Origin: a virus
Direction: 5' to 3' (one strand)
Virus record (IMG/VR): IMGVR_UViG_3300023117_002343
Location: 11,694-75,693 of that record
DNA: 64,000 nucleotides
The notes under the pieces were generated by a model. The model worked only from the letters and a program-made list of their open reading frames with translations, was not told the DNA's origin and made no database searches. Made by a program: the position numbers and the translations under genes. This document shows, one piece after another, positions 62,948-64,000 of the stretch. Within the stretch, counting starts at the first letter, position 1. Each line of letters opens with the position of its first letter.

Positions 62948-64000
62948 CTAATTATCCAGCTCTTCGACTTTAGTTGGAAACCAAGTACCTTCAAAATACA
63001 AACTAGATGCATTACTGAAAAATTCTTCTTTTGATGTATCGGGCACTTCAACAATCAGTGCATCGTGAATCACGACTAGCGGACGGACTTCCGGGTTGAG
63101 CTCGCAAAGATCGGCAAAGAGCAGCAGAGCCAGTTCGGCAGCAGTCGACTGAACGTAGTGGTTGACCCTTAGCCTCGGTTGCTTGACTGCTTCGTGCAGA
63201 GGTCGACCAAATCTGTTCTTGATAATTCCCTGATTGGCTTGACCATCTAGCTTCTGTTGTAGCCGTGCAATGCCAAAATATTCTTTTACCCTCTCCATTA
63301 ACTGTTTGGCCGCGCGCAAATTGCCAAGTTGCGCAGATAGCCGTCGAACTCCAGCGCCGTATAGAGTGCTCAGCGTGGCCAGCTTGGCATCATCGCGATT
63401 GGACACTTCGCACATTTGCATCACCGAAGCATAAACATCCTCGAAGTCTAGCTCGTCAGAACCTTCCCAAAGGGTCACACGAGGCTCAAGTGAGGTGAAG
63501 TCAATGGAATATATACGTGCATCTTTGCGTGAGCTCTGGATGCAACTACGGGCCTCTCTGGGCAGCGTAAGAAAGTTGGGGCCGTTGGTGACGATCAAGC
63601 GACCGGTGGACGTTCCCGAGGTGGAATATTCGATCCGAGCTGTGCCGTTGATCTGATTGTTCAAATGTTTGAGCAAAGCATCGATATTGGCTGATTCTGA
63701 TGCAACCTTTCTGACGTCCAGATCAAAACTTTGCAGAGAATCCAAGAAGGCTCTGATTTTATGCCATGTACTAAGATAGCCCGAATAGGATGATAACCCA
63801 TGGGCAAATCGCTTGCGTTGTTCTGTGATACTTTTGCGAAGGGCTGGCGTGGCCAATACCGGCCACATGCCGGCCGGACAGTTGAGATTGGCCAACATTT
63901 TCAAAAGACTGGGCGGCAGAGACTTTGCATCCTGGCCCGTAATCACCGATTCAAGCTCGTCAAGTTGCGACCAAGATATTTGAAAATTTTCATTCGCGTC
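62948..64000 (-). CDS. Compact family A DNA polymerase domain (5' end off the window)
   Basis: TSTGRL, DFTSLEPR (motif A), R..AK..TL..LYG (motif B), NHYVQSTAA and IHDAL (motif C). Frame is open to position 64000. Confidence 0.8.
   Translation of the reverse strand, partial: DANENFQISWSQLDELESVITGQDAKSLPPSLLKMLANLNCPAGMWPVLATPALRKSITEQRKRFAHGLSSYSGYLSTWHKIRAFLDSLQSFDLDVRKVASESANIDALLKHLNNQINGTARIEYSTSGTSTGRLIVTNGPNFLTLPREARSCIQSSRKDARIYSIDFTSLEPRVTLWEGSDELDFEDVYASVMQMCEVSNRDDAKLATLSTLYGAGVRRLSAQLGNLRAAKQLMERVKEYFGIARLQQKLDGQANQGIIKNRFGRPLHEAVKQPRLRVNHYVQSTAAELALLLFADLCELNPEVRPLVVIHDALIVEVPDTSKEEFFSNASSLYFEGTWFPTKVEELDN

Noticed and set aside
1-64000. Alternative genetic code (stop reassignment)
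   Set aside because: Conserved genes are full length in code 11, and TAA, TAG and TGA all terminate genes at tight junctions

Overview
A 64-kb, gene-dense and almost entirely minus-strand segment of a large (jumbo-type) tailed phage genome, read in the standard genetic code. Left to right: a virion-fibre region (four tandem paralogues plus a 2,622-aa repeat protein); a block of probable head/internal proteins that share L/I-x-E motifs and include a Cys-free Cu/Zn SOD, a Dps-like protein and a zincin; UvsE; a myxobacterial-type gliding protein CglF/GltF homologue; a sigma70-family factor that ends just before region 4.2 and is coupled to a small HTH gene; GroEL; a second block of L/I-x-E proteins with a ligand-less Fe/Mn-SOD fold and a possible spanin pair; a nucleotide-metabolism cluster around DnaE with a divergent ThyX; Fpg/Nei; T4-like topoisomerase II next to two pentapeptide-repeat paralogues; ClpP; NrdAB; helicase; RecA; SSB; and a PolA domain. 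Two promoter-like motifs recur. GTGTAA-N17/18-TAWAAT precedes non-structural genes, and ATAWTTA (no conserved -35 noticed) precedes the L/I-x-E genes. No tRNA, rRNA, CRISPR array or transposase was recognised. All family calls come from motif recognition by eye, not from database searches.
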